Translations under genes and position numbers: made by a program
Shown here: piece by piece, positions 35,867-46,974 of the stretch
Position numbering within the stretch: position 1 is the stretch's first letter
How the letters are laid out: every line of letters starts with the position of its first letter
Notes under the pieces: generated by a model
Database searches by the model: none
Told to the model about the DNA's origin: nothing
What the model saw: only the letters and a program-made list of their open reading frames with translations
NCBI GenBank assembly: GCA_036846345.1
Contig: DAIUCD010000027.1
Span: 1 to 60,218, forward strand
Length of the DNA: 60,218 nt
Source of the DNA: Spirochaetota bacterium
Lineage (GTDB): Bacteria; Spirochaetota; UBA4802; JAGODF01
Direction: 5' to 3'

Positions 35867-38083
35867 ATGGAAAAGAAAGCCGAGATTAAAATAGGCGGAA
35901 TGACCTGCGTGATGTGCTCCCGGGCCGTGGAGAACTCACTGAAAAAGGTTGCGGGTGTCCGGGAACTGGACGTCAACTTCGCCCTCGGCAAGGCTCAATT
36001 TCTCTACGATAAATCCCTTGCTTCAGAAGATGATTTCAGGCACGCTGTGGAGGATGCCGGCTATCAGTACCTGGGCAGCGGGGACAGTGAGGCCGACGAG
36101 AAGGGGCATCAGCGGGAACTTCGCATAAAGCGTATCCGTTTTTCCCTGGGAATCGGCATGGGGTCCCTCCTCATGGCCCTGATGTATCTGCCCCTGAAAC
36201 TACCGCTGCCCCTTTCCTGGATCATGCTGATCCTGTCGACCCCGGTGTTTCTTTACATCAGCCATCCCATCTTCCTGGCCGCCTACCGCTCGCTGAAGAA
36301 CCGCAACCTCAACATGGACGTCATGTACTCCCTGGGGATCGGGTCCGCCTTCACGGCAAGCGTACTGGGAACTGCCGGGGTTTTCCCCCCGGAATTCCTC
36401 TTCTACGAATCCGCTCTCTTTCTGGCAGCCTTTCTCACCCTGGGGCGCTATCTGGAATCCCGGGCCCGGGGAAAAACCTCCGAGACCATAAAAAAGCTCC
36501 TGAACCTGAATCCCCGGACCGCCCACGTGGAGAGGGAGGGGAAAGAGATGGACCTCCCTGCAGGAGAGGTCCTCAAGGGGGACACTGTGACGGTCAAACC
36601 GGGGGAATCCGTTCCCGTGGACGGCATAGTGCTTTCCGGTGAATCCTTCGTGGACGAATCGATGCTCACCGGCGAACCGCTGCCGGTTCCCAAGAAGGTC
36701 GGGGATGCCGTAACAGGGGGCACCCTGAACCGCAACGGGGCCCTGCGCCTGCAGGCCGAGAGAATCGGCCGGGACACCGTGCTCTTTCAGATCATCCGGC
36801 TGGTGGAACAGGCCCAGGGCTCCCGGCCCCCCATACAGAAGATAGCCGACCGCGTTGTCAGCTACTTCATTCCCGTTATTCTTGGCATTGCCCTGGCCGC
36901 ATTCAGCCTCTGGTATTTCGTCGCGGGCAGCGGCTCCCTGTTCGCCTTTTCGGTACTGGTGGCCATACTGGTTATCGCCTGTCCCTGCGCCCTGGGACTG
37001 GCCACCCCCACGGCAGTGACCGTCGGTATAGGCAGGGGGGCGGAGCTGGGCATACTCATCAAAGAGGGGGAGGCCCTGGAGCTCTCCGAGAAGATCACCG
37101 CCGTCGTTTTTGACAAGACCGGCACCCTAACCACCGGCAGGCCCGAGGTCTCCCGGGTGACACCCCTCGACATCCCGGAGGAGGAACTTCTTCGCTGGGC
37201 GGCCACCGCGGAAAAAAACTCGGAACATCCGCTAGCGGAGGCTATCGTTCGCAGGGCAGGGGAAAAGGGGGTGATACCCGCCGCTGCGGAATCCTTTCTG
37301 GCCTCCGGGGGACTGGGCGTCCGGGCGGGTTCCGGCGGCCGAAACATCCTCCTGGGCAGCGCCGGCTTCCTCAAGCAGGAAGGCATACCCTTCCCCGAGG
37401 CGGCGGAACGCTCCAGGGAGGAGATGGAGAGTTCCGGGGAATCCGCCGTCTTCGTGGCCCTGGACGGCCGTCTCATCGGTGGTCTGGGCATCACTGACCG
37501 GGTCAGGGACAACATACCGGAGGTCATCGCCTATCTGAAACGGATGGGCATGACGGTCGTCATGATAACAGGGGACAACGAGAGAACCGCCCGGGCCGTG
37601 GCGGATCTTATCGGCATCGACCGCGTCATCGCCGGAGTGCTTCCGGGGGGCAAGGCCGACGAGGTAAAGCTCCTTCAGGAGGAGGGCCATGCAGCAGTCT
37701 TCGTGGGGGATGGGATCAACGACGCCCCTGCCCTCGCCCAGGCGGACATCGGAATCGCCGTGGGAACGGGAACCGATATCGCCATTGACAGCGGCGACAT
37801 GGTCCTCATGAAGGGGGACATGCGGGACGTGGCGGCGGCCATTGAGCTGGGTCGCAGGGTGATGCGCCGGATTAGACAGAATCTCTTCTGGGCCTTCGCC
37901 TACAACATGCTCCTGGTCCCCATGGCCGCCGGGGCGCTCTACCCTCTCCTCCACATCACCTTTAAACCGGAGCTGGCGGGTCTGGCCATGGCCCTGAGTT
38001 CCGTTACCGTAGTGACCCTGTCATTGTCGCTGAAGCGCTTTACACCGGAGGTTTTACGCAGGAGCCGTGCACGACCGCGCTGA
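35867..38083 (+). CDS. copA: Copper-translocating P1B-type ATPase
   Basis: 738 aa. N-terminal HMA domain [17 protein letters not shown] motif ([11 protein letters not shown]), DKTGTLT phosphorylation site, GDGINDAP hinge. Confidence 0.9.
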   Translation: MEKKAEIKIGGMTCVMCSRAVENSLKKVAGVRELDVNFALGKAQFLYDKSLASEDDFRHAVEDAGYQYLGSGDSEADEKGHQRELRIKRIRFSLGIGMGSLLMALMYLPLKLPLPLSWIMLILSTPVFLYISHPIFLAAYRSLKNRNLNMDVMYSLGIGSAFTASVLGTAGVFPPEFLFYESALFLAAFLTLGRYLESRARGKTSETIKKLLNLNPRTAHVEREGKEMDLPAGEVLKGDTVTVKPGESVPVDGIVLSGESFVDESMLTGEPLPVPKKVGDAVTGGTLNRNGALRLQAERIGRDTVLFQIIRLVEQAQGSRPPIQKIADRVVSYFIPVILGIALAAFSLWYFVAGSGSLFAFSVLVAILVIACPCALGLATPTAVTVGIGRGAELGILIKEGEALELSEKITAVVFDKTGTLTTGRPEVSRVTPLDIPEEELLRWAATAEKNSEHPLAEAIVRRAGEKGVIPAAAESFLASGGLGVRAGSGGRNILLGSAGFLKQEGIPFPEAAERSREEMESSGESAVFVALDGRLIGGLGITDRVRDNIPEVIAYLKRMGMTVVMITGDNERTARAVADLIGIDRVIAGVLPGGKADEVKLLQEEGHAAVFVGDGINDAPALAQADIGIAVGTGTDIAIDSGDMVLMKGDMRDVAAAIELGRRVMRRIRQNLFWAFAYNMLLVPMAAGALYPLLHITFKPELAGLAMALSSVTVVTLSLSLKRFTPEVLRRSRARPR

Positions 38084-38354
38084 GTGTAAAACATCCCTCT
38101 AAAAAAAGGGAACCAATAACTCTCAACAGGGGTCTAATGATATTTGTGCCGGACAGGATTATTTATTATATGCCCGGTTTTCTGATTGCCAGAGACATCA
38201 TCGTGATAATTAATTAGCCGATAGTAACAAACGGAAGCATTTCCCAGGAGCAAATAGCTCATAAACAGAACCTTTATTCCCGATCCCTGAACTGGTAAAA
38301 ATGATGCCGGACAGCCTCAATGATGACACTCGGACCTATAGGAAATAAACCTCG

Positions 38355-39725
38355 ATGAAGAGATATTTTATTGCCGGTTTCTGCCTTCTTTTCCTGATCT
38401 CCTTTTCTTTGCCAACTGCCGTATGGGGAGATGACGAAAAGAAAAGGTTAAAGGTCCTGGAGGAGATTACAGGTATCAGGGAGAGCGATCTTCCAGCGCC
38501 CGGAAAAACCCCCCTCTCCCTCTTCGATGTCTATGCCCTGGCAGTCAAGAAGACCGAACAGATCGCCGTCAGCGGCGAAAAGTATCTGCAGGCGGAAACT
38601 CACAAGAACCAGGCCTTTGGGAGCATGCTTCCCAGGATATCCCTCAAAGCCATCAAGGTATTCCCCGAGAACGACACCCCCGGGTATACGCCCAACACCA
38701 AGACCAACGTGAGCCTCTACGCCCGGCAGCCCATTATAACGGGCCTGCAGGAGTGGTACACCTTCAAGGGCTCCAAATACGAGATTCGCATGCGCCGCTA
38801 TGAACTGGCCCACAACGCGGGGCAGCTGCTCCTTCAGGTGGCCCAGTATTATTTTAGCGTTCTCCAGATGGAGCGTACTCTTAAAAACAAGCAGGAGATA
38901 ATCTCGCTCTACAAAAAGACCCTGGGAGAGCTGAAGCGGCGGGTCCGTGTCGGCCGCAGCCGGGAGACGGAGGTGCTCCGAATCAACACGGAGATCTATA
39001 AACTGGAGGCGGAGATCAAATCCCTGCGCAAGGAGCTTGAGAGCTCCCGCATGTCCCTGTCGGTCCTGGCCTCCATGCCCGTCGACAGCACCCTGACGGA
39101 TGAGGAGATCGCCGGGAAATCCGTCGTCCCGAAAGAGCGCCTCAAGGACATTCTGAAAGAGCGCTGGGACGTGAAGGCTGTCCAGGAGGAGATCAAATAC
39201 GCCGAAACGCGCCTCAGGGTGGAACAGGGAGGCCATCTCCCCTCGATCTACCTGGAAGGATACTACCGCCTCTACCAGAAGGACATGTCCGGCCGGGACT
39301 ACTACGGGGCTCTGGGCGCCGAGCTCCCTCTCTTTTCCGGGGGTATCGTTAGCGCCCGGGTCAAGGAGGCCCGTTCCTCACTCCGGCAGGCGGAGCTGAA
39401 ATACGCACAGACCCTGCGCACCGCCCGCACGGAGATGGCTGACGCCTATCAGCGCTGGGAGAGCACCCGGGGCGAACTGGAAGCTTATAAGAGCGCCCTC
39501 GACTCCGCCGAGCGGAACTACCGGGCCCTCATGAAAGAATACCGCCTCAACCTGGTCACGATTCTGGACGTCTTCACGGCCCTCACATCCCTCTACAACG
39601 CCCGGGAGGATTATGAGACCATACGTCTGCAGAACAGCTATAACCGCATACGCCTGGGCGTGGCGCTCAATGAATTCAGCGGCAGCGGTGTGCTGAATCT
39701 CAAAAGCACACCGCGTAAGAAATAA
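38355..39725 (+). CDS. TolC-like outer-membrane efflux factor (OMF)
   Basis: 456 aa. Signal peptide, then two tandem coiled-coil/beta repeats typical of OMF proteins. Confidence 0.75.
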   Translation: MKRYFIAGFCLLFLISFSLPTAVWGDDEKKRLKVLEEITGIRESDLPAPGKTPLSLFDVYALAVKKTEQIAVSGEKYLQAETHKNQAFGSMLPRISLKAIKVFPENDTPGYTPNTKTNVSLYARQPIITGLQEWYTFKGSKYEIRMRRYELAHNAGQLLLQVAQYYFSVLQMERTLKNKQEIISLYKKTLGELKRRVRVGRSRETEVLRINTEIYKLEAEIKSLRKELESSRMSLSVLASMPVDSTLTDEEIAGKSVVPKERLKDILKERWDVKAVQEEIKYAETRLRVEQGGHLPSIYLEGYYRLYQKDMSGRDYYGALGAELPLFSGGIVSARVKEARSSLRQAELKYAQTLRTARTEMADAYQRWESTRGELEAYKSALDSAERNYRALMKEYRLNLVTILDVFTALTSLYNAREDYETIRLQNSYNRIRLGVALNEFSGSGVLNLKSTPRKK

Positions 39726-39746
39726 GGGAAAGGAAGGCCCCGAACC

Positions 39747-42700
39747 ATGACATTGTCAGATCTGTCGATCAGAAATCCCGTCTTCGCATGGATGCTCATG
39801 ACCGGTCTCATCTTTTTCGGCGCCATATCCTACAGCCGCATGGGAATATCCCAGATGCCCGACGTGGATTTCCCCGTCATCAACATAGACGTTACCTATG
39901 AGGGGGCCGCCCCGGAGATCGTGGAGACCGATGTGATCGACATCATCGAGGATGCGGTGATGAACGTCGAGGGCATACAGGAGGTGCGTTCCACCGCCTA
40001 TCACAGCCGGGCCCAAATCACCGTGGAGCTGGATATAGAGCGGGACGTGGACGTAGCCCTGCAGGAGATCAACTCCCGCATCTCCCAGGCACAGAGGCTC
40101 CTGCCGAAGGAGATGGACCCTCCGGTCATCACCAAGCGAAACCCGGAGGATTTTCCCATACTCTGGGTGGCCCTCACCTCCACGCATTCCCTCAAGGAAC
40201 TGATGGTTTATGCCCGTTATCACGTGAAGGATAAGTTCCAGGCCGTTAAGGGCGTAGGGGAAGTGCGCCTGGGGGGATACGTCGACCGGAACGTTCGAAT
40301 CTGGGTGGACCGGGACAAGCTCAACAGGTATGAACTTTCGGTGGACGATATCCTGCGCGCCATCGGACGCGAGCATGTGGAGGTCCCCGGAGGCCGCATC
40401 GAAACGGCCCGTCATGAGATCATCATTCGCTCCAAGGGGGAAGCCGAGACCATACAGTCCCTGAAAATGCTGCCCATCACCTCGCGGGGCAACATGCCCA
40501 TATACAGCAAGATATTCCTGGGCGACGTGGCCGAGATCGAGGACAGCCTGGACGACGTACGGCGGATATCCCGCTTCAACGGCCAGCAAGCCGTGGGTCT
40601 GGGAATCATGAAGCAGAGAAAGTCCAACACCATCGAGGTGGCGCAGAACGTCAAGAAACTAGTGGAGGATTTAAAGAAGAAACTTCCCGAGGGCTACAGC
40701 ATAGCCGTATCCCATGACATGACCACCTACATCGAGGAATCCACAGACGAGCTCGTATTTTCCCTCGTTCTCTCAGCCCTGCTGACCGGATTCGTCTGCC
40801 TGATCTTCCTGGGCTCCTTCAGCTCCACCTTCAACATCCTGCTGGCCATTCCCACTTCAATCATGGGAACCTTCATCCCAATCTATTTCTTCGGCTACAC
40901 GCTCAACACTTTCACCCTGCTCGCCCTGTCGCTGGCCATCGGAATCGTGGTGGACGACGCCATCATGGTCCTGGAGAACATATCGCGCTATCATGAGATG
41001 GGGGAGAGCCGAATCAAGTCTGCCATGCTGGGGGCCCGGCAGATCACCTTCGCAGCGCTGGCCGCCACCCTGGCTATCATAGCTATCTTCCTCCCTGTGG
41101 CCTTCATGTCCGGGATCATAGGAAAGTTTTTTCTCCAGTTCGGCGTCACCATATCCGCCGCCGTCATGATCTCCCTGCTGGAGGCGCTCACCCTGACCCC
41201 CATGCGCTGCTCTCAGTTCCTCGAGCTTCCCGACAAGGGGGGCATCCTCAACCTTATCGTGGAATCCTTTTTCGGATTCTTCGCGACCCGTTACGCCAAG
41301 GTGCTCCGCTTCGCCCTTGATCACCGGTACAAGGTCATTCTGACGGCATTTGCGCTCTTTGCCCTCTCTTTCGCTCTGCTCATTCCCATTAAAAAGGAAT
41401 TCATTCCCCCTCAGGACCAGAGCATGTTCATCCTTCAGCTGAAAACCCCCGTGGGCTCTTCCATCGATTACACGGATTCCCTGACTAAACAAGTGGAAGC
41501 CTACCTCGCCTCCAAAAAGGAGGTTCGGGGATATTATGTGGCGGTGGGGGGATTCCGGGGCGGGGAGATCAACACAGCCCTGATCTTCGTGACTCTCAAA
41601 AATCCCGAGAACCGGCCGGTCAATCCAGAGAAGAAACGCCCTCTCACCCAGGCGGAGTTCGCCAGCATGGTGCGCAAGCAGGTTCCCCTCCTCTCCCCGG
41701 ACCTGCGCGTGACGGTACAGGACCTCTCCACCCGGGGGTTCACCTCGCGCCGGGGATTTCCCGTGGAATTCAGCATACGGGGTTCCGACTGGGACAAGTT
41801 GGGCGAGTACAGCCAGCGGATTGAGGCGGCCATGACCAGGAGCGGCAAGCTGGTGGATGTGGACAGCGACTACGAGCTGGGACAGCCGGAGATACAGGTC
41901 ATCCCGGACCGCCGGGCCGCCGAGCTGCGAGGTGTCAGCATGGAGAGCATCGGCAACACCGTGGGCGCCATGATAGGCGGCAAGCGGGAGGGTAAATACA
42001 CCGATGAGGGACACCGCTTCGACATCAGGCTGCGGCTCAAGGGAACCGAGCGGCGCAAACCGGCAGACATCAACAATCTCTACGTGCGGAACAACCGGGG
42101 GGAACTGGTGCGTCTTTCAGAAGTGGTAAAGATCAAGCAAACCAAGTCGCTCCTCTCCGTAAACCGTATCAACCGCGAGAGGGCCATCACCATAAACGCC
42201 AATCCCGCCCCGGGATACTCCCAGCAGGAGGCCGTCGACGAGGCGATGAAGATCAGCCGGGGCATACTAGGGAACGGCTATTACGCGGAGCTCTCCGGAC
42301 AGGCCAAGACCTCCAAGGAATCCTTCGACAGCCTGATCTTCGCCCTGGTCATCGGAATCATCATATCCTACATGATACTGGCCAGCCAGTTCAACAGCTA
42401 CATCCACCCCTTCACCATTCTGCTGGCCCTGCCCTTCAGCTTCTCGGGAGCCATCATTACGCTGCTCATCACCGGCAACTCCCTTAACATGTACAGCTTC
42501 ATCGGCCTCATCCTGCTGATGGGTCTGGTCAAGAAGAACTCCATTCTGCTGGTGGAATTCACCAATCAGCTGCGGGAGGAGGGACTTTCGGTCAGGGAGG
42601 CCCTCCTCAGCGCCTGTCCCATCCGTCTCCGGCCCATTATCATGACGTCCCTTTCCACAATCGCCGCGGCGGTTCCTCCCGCCCTGGCCCTGGGACCCGG

Positions 42701-42836
42701 TTCCGAGACGCGCATTCCCATGGCCATCTGTGTGCTGGGGGGCATGATCTTTTCCACGCTTCTCACCCTCGTCGTGGTTCCCAGCGCTTACAGCCTCCTT
42801 TCCCGCTGGGAAAGTAAAAAGAAGGAAGTGATATGA
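39747..42836 (+). CDS. RND-family efflux transporter permease (AcrB/HAE1-like)
   Basis: 1029 aa. 12-TM RND topology with two large periplasmic loops and conserved AcrB-type N-terminal blocks. It begins 21 nt after the OMF gene. No membrane-fusion-protein gene is adjacent. Confidence 0.9.
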   Translation: MTLSDLSIRNPVFAWMLMTGLIFFGAISYSRMGISQMPDVDFPVINIDVTYEGAAPEIVETDVIDIIEDAVMNVEGIQEVRSTAYHSRAQITVELDIERDVDVALQEINSRISQAQRLLPKEMDPPVITKRNPEDFPILWVALTSTHSLKELMVYARYHVKDKFQAVKGVGEVRLGGYVDRNVRIWVDRDKLNRYELSVDDILRAIGREHVEVPGGRIETARHEIIIRSKGEAETIQSLKMLPITSRGNMPIYSKIFLGDVAEIEDSLDDVRRISRFNGQQAVGLGIMKQRKSNTIEVAQNVKKLVEDLKKKLPEGYSIAVSHDMTTYIEESTDELVFSLVLSALLTGFVCLIFLGSFSSTFNILLAIPTSIMGTFIPIYFFGYTLNTFTLLALSLAIGIVVDDAIMVLENISRYHEMGESRIKSAMLGARQITFAALAATLAIIAIFLPVAFMSGIIGKFFLQFGVTISAAVMISLLEALTLTPMRCSQFLELPDKGGILNLIVESFFGFFATRYAKVLRFALDHRYKVILTAFALFALSFALLIPIKKEFIPPQDQSMFILQLKTPVGSSIDYTDSLTKQVEAYLASKKEVRGYYVAVGGFRGGEINTALIFVTLKNPENRPVNPEKKRPLTQAEFASMVRKQVPLLSPDLRVTVQDLSTRGFTSRRGFPVEFSIRGSDWDKLGEYSQRIEAAMTRSGKLVDVDSDYELGQPEIQVIPDRRAAELRGVSMESIGNTVGAMIGGKREGKYTDEGHRFDIRLRLKGTERRKPADINNLYVRNNRGELVRLSEVVKIKQTKSLLSVNRINRERAITINANPAPGYSQQEAVDEAMKISRGILGNGYYAELSGQAKTSKESFDSLIFALVIGIIISYMILASQFNSYIHPFTILLALPFSFSGAIITLLITGNSLNMYSFIGLILLMGLVKKNSILLVEFTNQLREEGLSVREALLSACPIRLRPIIMTSLSTIAAAVPPALALGPGSETRIPMAICVLGGMIFSTLLTLVVVPSAYSLLSRWESKKKEVI

Positions 42837-43714
42837 ACGAACCCATCACCCTTTCCCTGCCGCCGGTGGGAGTCAAAATCCTTCCCGGAACCACCGGGGG
42901 ATTTGAAACCGTCAAACACTACTCCGGGATCTCCTACTGCCGGGCCCTCTTTGAGGCAACCTTCGGCCAGGAACTGCTGGTCTCGCCGGGTTCCCTGCAT
43001 GTCTGCCAGTGGGCCCCGGTGGTTCTGGGCCTCAAGGAGGCGTCCAACACCTTTGAAAGGACCGTATCCCCCCATCTGGAAGCGCCGGTAGCCGGCCTCT
43101 ACCTGGCGCCGCTCTTCTTTTTTCGCAAGGATATCCCCCCTGACGTGGTCGTGATGCGTACCGGTCCCGCGGAATACGAGAAAATCATCCGCCTGCTCCC
43201 GCGGGAAAGCCTTCTGGAATACTCCCTTTTCAGCCGGGACGCCACGGCCCTTCCCGCCCTGCTGAAGGAACAAACCGGAGGGCCCTCCCTCAAAATGATA
43301 CGCACCGTAAACCGGGCCCTGCACGGGCTCAACCGCTTTCGCGTCTGGCACAGTCTCACGACGCGCATCTTCCGGAGCACCCTGGCCACGCGGATCTTCG
43401 ACCGCTTCATCACCCGCTACATGGCCAACATGTCCCTCTGCCGCAACAGCACCGTCATCCCCTTCCTCACGGGACGGGTCAACATCAGCCATTTCTGCAC
43501 CGGCGGTATCGCCTGGGGACACAACGATCCCCATCACCTCACCTCGGGTTTCCCCTGGGAAACGTACCGGCGGTTCGAATCACAGCTGGATTATCCCGGC
43601 CGCACCGAGGACGATCCCAGGCTCCTGGAATTACTCAGCAGAAAAGGGGAGATGCTGCGGGCCGGAGGCAGTTCCGGGGGCTGCCAGATACAGGCGAGAA
43701 ACGCCGCTTCATAA
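42833..43714 (+). CDS. DUF169-like hypothetical protein
   Basis: 293 aa. Its start overlaps the RND stop (ATGA). Conserved Cys residues. The DUF169 assignment is from memory. Confidence 0.5.
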   Translation: MNEPITLSLPPVGVKILPGTTGGFETVKHYSGISYCRALFEATFGQELLVSPGSLHVCQWAPVVLGLKEASNTFERTVSPHLEAPVAGLYLAPLFFFRKDIPPDVVVMRTGPAEYEKIIRLLPRESLLEYSLFSRDATALPALLKEQTGGPSLKMIRTVNRALHGLNRFRVWHSLTTRIFRSTLATRIFDRFITRYMANMSLCRNSTVIPFLTGRVNISHFCTGGIAWGHNDPHHLTSGFPWETYRRFESQLDYPGRTEDDPRLLELLSRKGEMLRAGGSSGGCQIQARNAAS

Positions 43715-44044
43715 AACTTTATTTCCTTTTATTAATCTATCAAACCAGATACACATCATCAGTAGTAATCCCCCAAACTCATTAGGGTAACTGATCCTCC
43801 ACAACGTATTGATCTGCAGCAGAATTCATTAAATGGCAATGCATTCCCTTTACTTGCTTACCATCAATACATGTCCCCCACCCCGGGGTTTAAATTGTTA
43901 TTGGATTACACGATTCAGCCCTAAAGCCACACAAAGGAGTGAGGGAAACTGATCACAGGACCCGCATACAAGGTCCAGAGAGCCGCATCGGCTCCGCAAG
44001 GAGGGGACATTACAGCCCATCAGTTGAGATCCTTACGAGAGGGA

Positions 44045-44060
44045 GGGGGGAATCCCCCCC
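44045..44060. repeat. Perfect G6-AAT-C6/7 hairpin inside an 880-bp AT-rich non-coding spacer
   Basis: gggggg aat ccccccc at 44045–44060. The surrounding 43715–44597 has no credible ORF and is much lower in GC than the flanks. Confidence 0.6.
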
Positions 44061-44370
44061 TATATTGAGTTATAGGTCTCATCAATGTGCCATTCTCTAC
44101 CGTCCTCTTGCAGGGAACTGCTTTATCATCCAGTACGATCAATAACAGTCAAAACAGAGCTATCGGACTGCCTCGGATAGGAACTCCTGTGGATCATGAA
44201 CCGATGAGCGGACCTTAAACAGGAGTATTGCAATGATACAGCGGATAAAGGAACGAGTAAAGGACCGGATACGCATCATCCATATCATGCTGTAAGATAG
44301 ATAAATCCCAAATACAACCCAATGCAATTCCCTGGGATCCATAAAATAATTTATGAATTGACATTTTGTG

Positions 44371-44421
44371 ATATACTACCATTATAGTCTTATTGGTAGT
44401 ATATCATCTTATGAAGATGAT
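44371..44421. promoter_or_regulatory. Two adjacent perfect inverted repeats upstream of cysK (candidate operator)
   Basis: IR1 is atatactacca-N12-tggtagtatat (44371–44404, 11-bp arms). IR2 is atcatctt-atg-aagatgat (44403–44421, 8-bp arms). They overlap by 2 nt and lie about 180–230 nt upstream of the cysK ATG. A TTGACA hexamer sits at 44358–44363. Confidence 0.45.
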
Positions 44422-44597
44422 TTTAGCCCAGGAGAAGTCGGTATGATACAGCTTTCATGTTATATATTATCCTATAAATGGGCTCACACCCCCTTGATGT
44501 CCAGGGGTAATGCATGGGTGCCGATAAACCCAATATTTCAACAGGACAAAAGTGCAGAAACAGATAGAATCAATGACAAAGTTATGAAGAGAACCAT

Positions 44598-45527
44598 ATG
44601 AAAATCGCACAAAACGTAATCGAGCTCATAGGCAATACGCCGATGGTGCGAATCAACAAGCTCAACGCGGAGGGAGCGGCTGAGGTGGTAGTGAAGCTGG
44701 AATGGTTCAATCCCCTGTCGAGTGTAAAAGACCGCATTGGGGCCGCCATGATCAATGAGGCAGAAAACAGCGGCAAGTTGCAACGAGGCATGACTATCGT
44801 CGAGCCGACAAGCGGAAACACGGGCATAGCATTGGCTTTCGTAGCGGCGGCAAAGGGGTACCGGCTTATACTCACTATGCCGGAAACCATGAGCATTGAA
44901 CGACGTAAACTCCTTAAGGCCCTGGGTGCGGAACTGATACTCACCGAAGGATCGAAGGGTATGAGGGGGGCAATAGAGAAAGCGGAAGAACTCAAGAAGG
45001 AAAACCCGAATACATATCTCCCACAGCAGTTTAAAAACAGAGCTAATCCCGAGATACACAGGAAAACAACTGCCGAGGAGATTTGGCAAGATACTGACGG
45101 AAAGGCAGACATCCTCGTAGGAGGTATTGGTACCGGCGGTACTATAACCGGAATCGGCGAGGTAATCAAGAGCAGGAAACCGGAATTCAAAGTGATAGCA
45201 GTGGAGCCCGCTGATTCTCCGGTGCTATCCGGAGGACAGTCAGGTCCGCACAGGATACAGGGGATCGGGGCTGGCTTCGTCCCCGATGTACTCAACACAG
45301 AAATCATCGATGAGATCATCCAGGTAAAGGATTCTGACGCGGGTACCACAATTCGTAGACTCGCCAGGGAAGAAGGCCTTCTAGTGGGCATATCATCAGG
45401 AGCAGCGATCTGGTCAGCTCTTCAGGTTGCTAAACGGGGTGAAAACAGGGGAAAACTCATTGTCGTGATCAGTACCAGTTCGGGCGAGAGATACCTGAGC
45501 ACCTGGCTCTTCGACGGACCGGATTGA
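44598..45527 (+). CDS. cysK: Cysteine synthase A (O-acetylserine sulfhydrylase)
   Basis: 309 aa. PLP-lysine block …SVKDRIG…, …[10 protein letters not shown]…, GTGGT. Full-length CysK/CysM-type match. Confidence 0.9.
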   Translation: MKIAQNVIELIGNTPMVRINKLNAEGAAEVVVKLEWFNPLSSVKDRIGAAMINEAENSGKLQRGMTIVEPTSGNTGIALAFVAAAKGYRLILTMPETMSIERRKLLKALGAELILTEGSKGMRGAIEKAEELKKENPNTYLPQQFKNRANPEIHRKTTAEEIWQDTDGKADILVGGIGTGGTITGIGEVIKSRKPEFKVIAVEPADSPVLSGGQSGPHRIQGIGAGFVPDVLNTEIIDEIIQVKDSDAGTTIRRLAREEGLLVGISSGAAIWSALQVAKRGENRGKLIVVISTSSGERYLSTWLFDGPD

Positions 45528-45567
45528 CCACCCGAATGCCAATTATATATTCTCAAGGAGAAATGAG

Positions 45568-46866
45568 ATGCCGAAGAATAAATATCGTTTCGAAACCCTG
45601 ACACTGCACGCGGGACAGCGCCCCGATACCACTACCCTCTCCCGAGGGGTACCAGTATACCGTACCAGCTCCTATGTATTTAAAAGCACAGACCATGCTG
45701 CAAATCTTTTCGCCCTGAAAGAACTCGGCAACATCTATACCCGTCTTATGAACCCCACACACTCCGTTCTGGAGGACCGTATCAGCGCGCTCGAAGGCGG
45801 CGCTGCATCCGTGGCGGTCGCCTCAGGAACAAGCGCCATTCATTACGCAATCATCACAATCGCCGGGCAGGGTGACGAGATCGTATCGGCAAACAACCTC
45901 TACGGCGGAACCTATACCATGTTTGACGCGATTTTTCCTCAATTCGGAATTACAACGAAATTTGTCGACGCTCGGGATCCAAAAAACTTTGAGAAGGCCA
46001 TCGGTCCCAGGACGAAGCTGATTTTCATCGAGACCATCAGCAATCCTGTCCTAGATGTTACCGATGTAGACGAAGTCGCGAAGATAGCCCACGCTCATGG
46101 TCTTCCGCTCATTGTGGACGCGACATTCACCACACCGTATCTTCTACAAACCATCTCCCACGGTGCGAACATTGTCATCAATTCCCTGACAAAATGGATA
46201 GGCGGACACGGTACAGCAATCGGAGGCATGGTTACCGATGCAGGAGGGTTTAACTGGAAGAGCGATCGTTTCCCTCTATTCAACGTACCAGACCCAAACT
46301 ACCACGGCATGATTTGGGCCCATGACCTTCCTGAGGAGCTTTCATCCATCGCCTTCGGGCTTCGGCTGCGTACTGTTCCCCTTCGCAACTTGGGGGCCGC
46401 CATATCGCCGGACAACGCGTGGATATTCCTTCAGGGCGTCGAAACCCTGCCGCTCAGAATGAGGAAACATTCTGAAAACGCCCAAAGGGTAGCAGAGTTT
46501 TTGAAGAATGACAAACGAGTTGACTGGGTACGATACCCCGGCCTTATCGGTGATCCTGGACATGAAACAGCTAAAAAACTCCTGAAAAACGGTTATGGCG
46601 GCATGGTGGTTTTTGGCATTAAAGGTGGTTATGACGCGGCGGTAAAGCTCATCGACAATATTCCGCTCTTCTCTCACCTGGCAAATGTGGGTGATGCAAA
46701 GAGCCTGATACTGCATCCGGCTTCGACGTCCCATTCCCAGCTATCAGAAGCCCAGCAAAGGGAAGGAGGTCTCACTCCTGAGCTTGTACGGTTGTCAGTG
46801 GGCCTTGAGCATCCAGACGACATCATAGAGGCTCTCGATGAGGGGCTGGCGATGACCAAACAATAG
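45568..46866 (+). CDS. metY: O-acetylhomoserine aminocarboxypropyltransferase / sulfhydrylase (MetY-type PLP enzyme)
   Basis: 432 aa. Cys/Met-metabolism PLP-dependent family (…HAGQ…, …SLTKWIGGHG… PLP-lysine region). aaggag RBS 7 nt upstream. Confidence 0.85.
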   Translation: MPKNKYRFETLTLHAGQRPDTTTLSRGVPVYRTSSYVFKSTDHAANLFALKELGNIYTRLMNPTHSVLEDRISALEGGAASVAVASGTSAIHYAIITIAGQGDEIVSANNLYGGTYTMFDAIFPQFGITTKFVDARDPKNFEKAIGPRTKLIFIETISNPVLDVTDVDEVAKIAHAHGLPLIVDATFTTPYLLQTISHGANIVINSLTKWIGGHGTAIGGMVTDAGGFNWKSDRFPLFNVPDPNYHGMIWAHDLPEELSSIAFGLRLRTVPLRNLGAAISPDNAWIFLQGVETLPLRMRKHSENAQRVAEFLKNDKRVDWVRYPGLIGDPGHETAKKLLKNGYGGMVVFGIKGGYDAAVKLIDNIPLFSHLANVGDAKSLILHPASTSHSQLSEAQQREGGLTPELVRLSVGLEHPDDIIEALDEGLAMTKQ

Positions 46867-46974
46867 AATTACAGGGGTGAATCAACACGATGAAATACAG
46901 AGATTCCGGAAGAATGAAGAGGGATGAGAGCAGCACCAATGTTCTTAAAATATTATCAATTAGGAGATAACAAA

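Noticed and set aside
40857-42014. 385-aa minus-strand ORF (and 39756..40589, 277 aa)
   Set aside because: Antisense to the RND permease.
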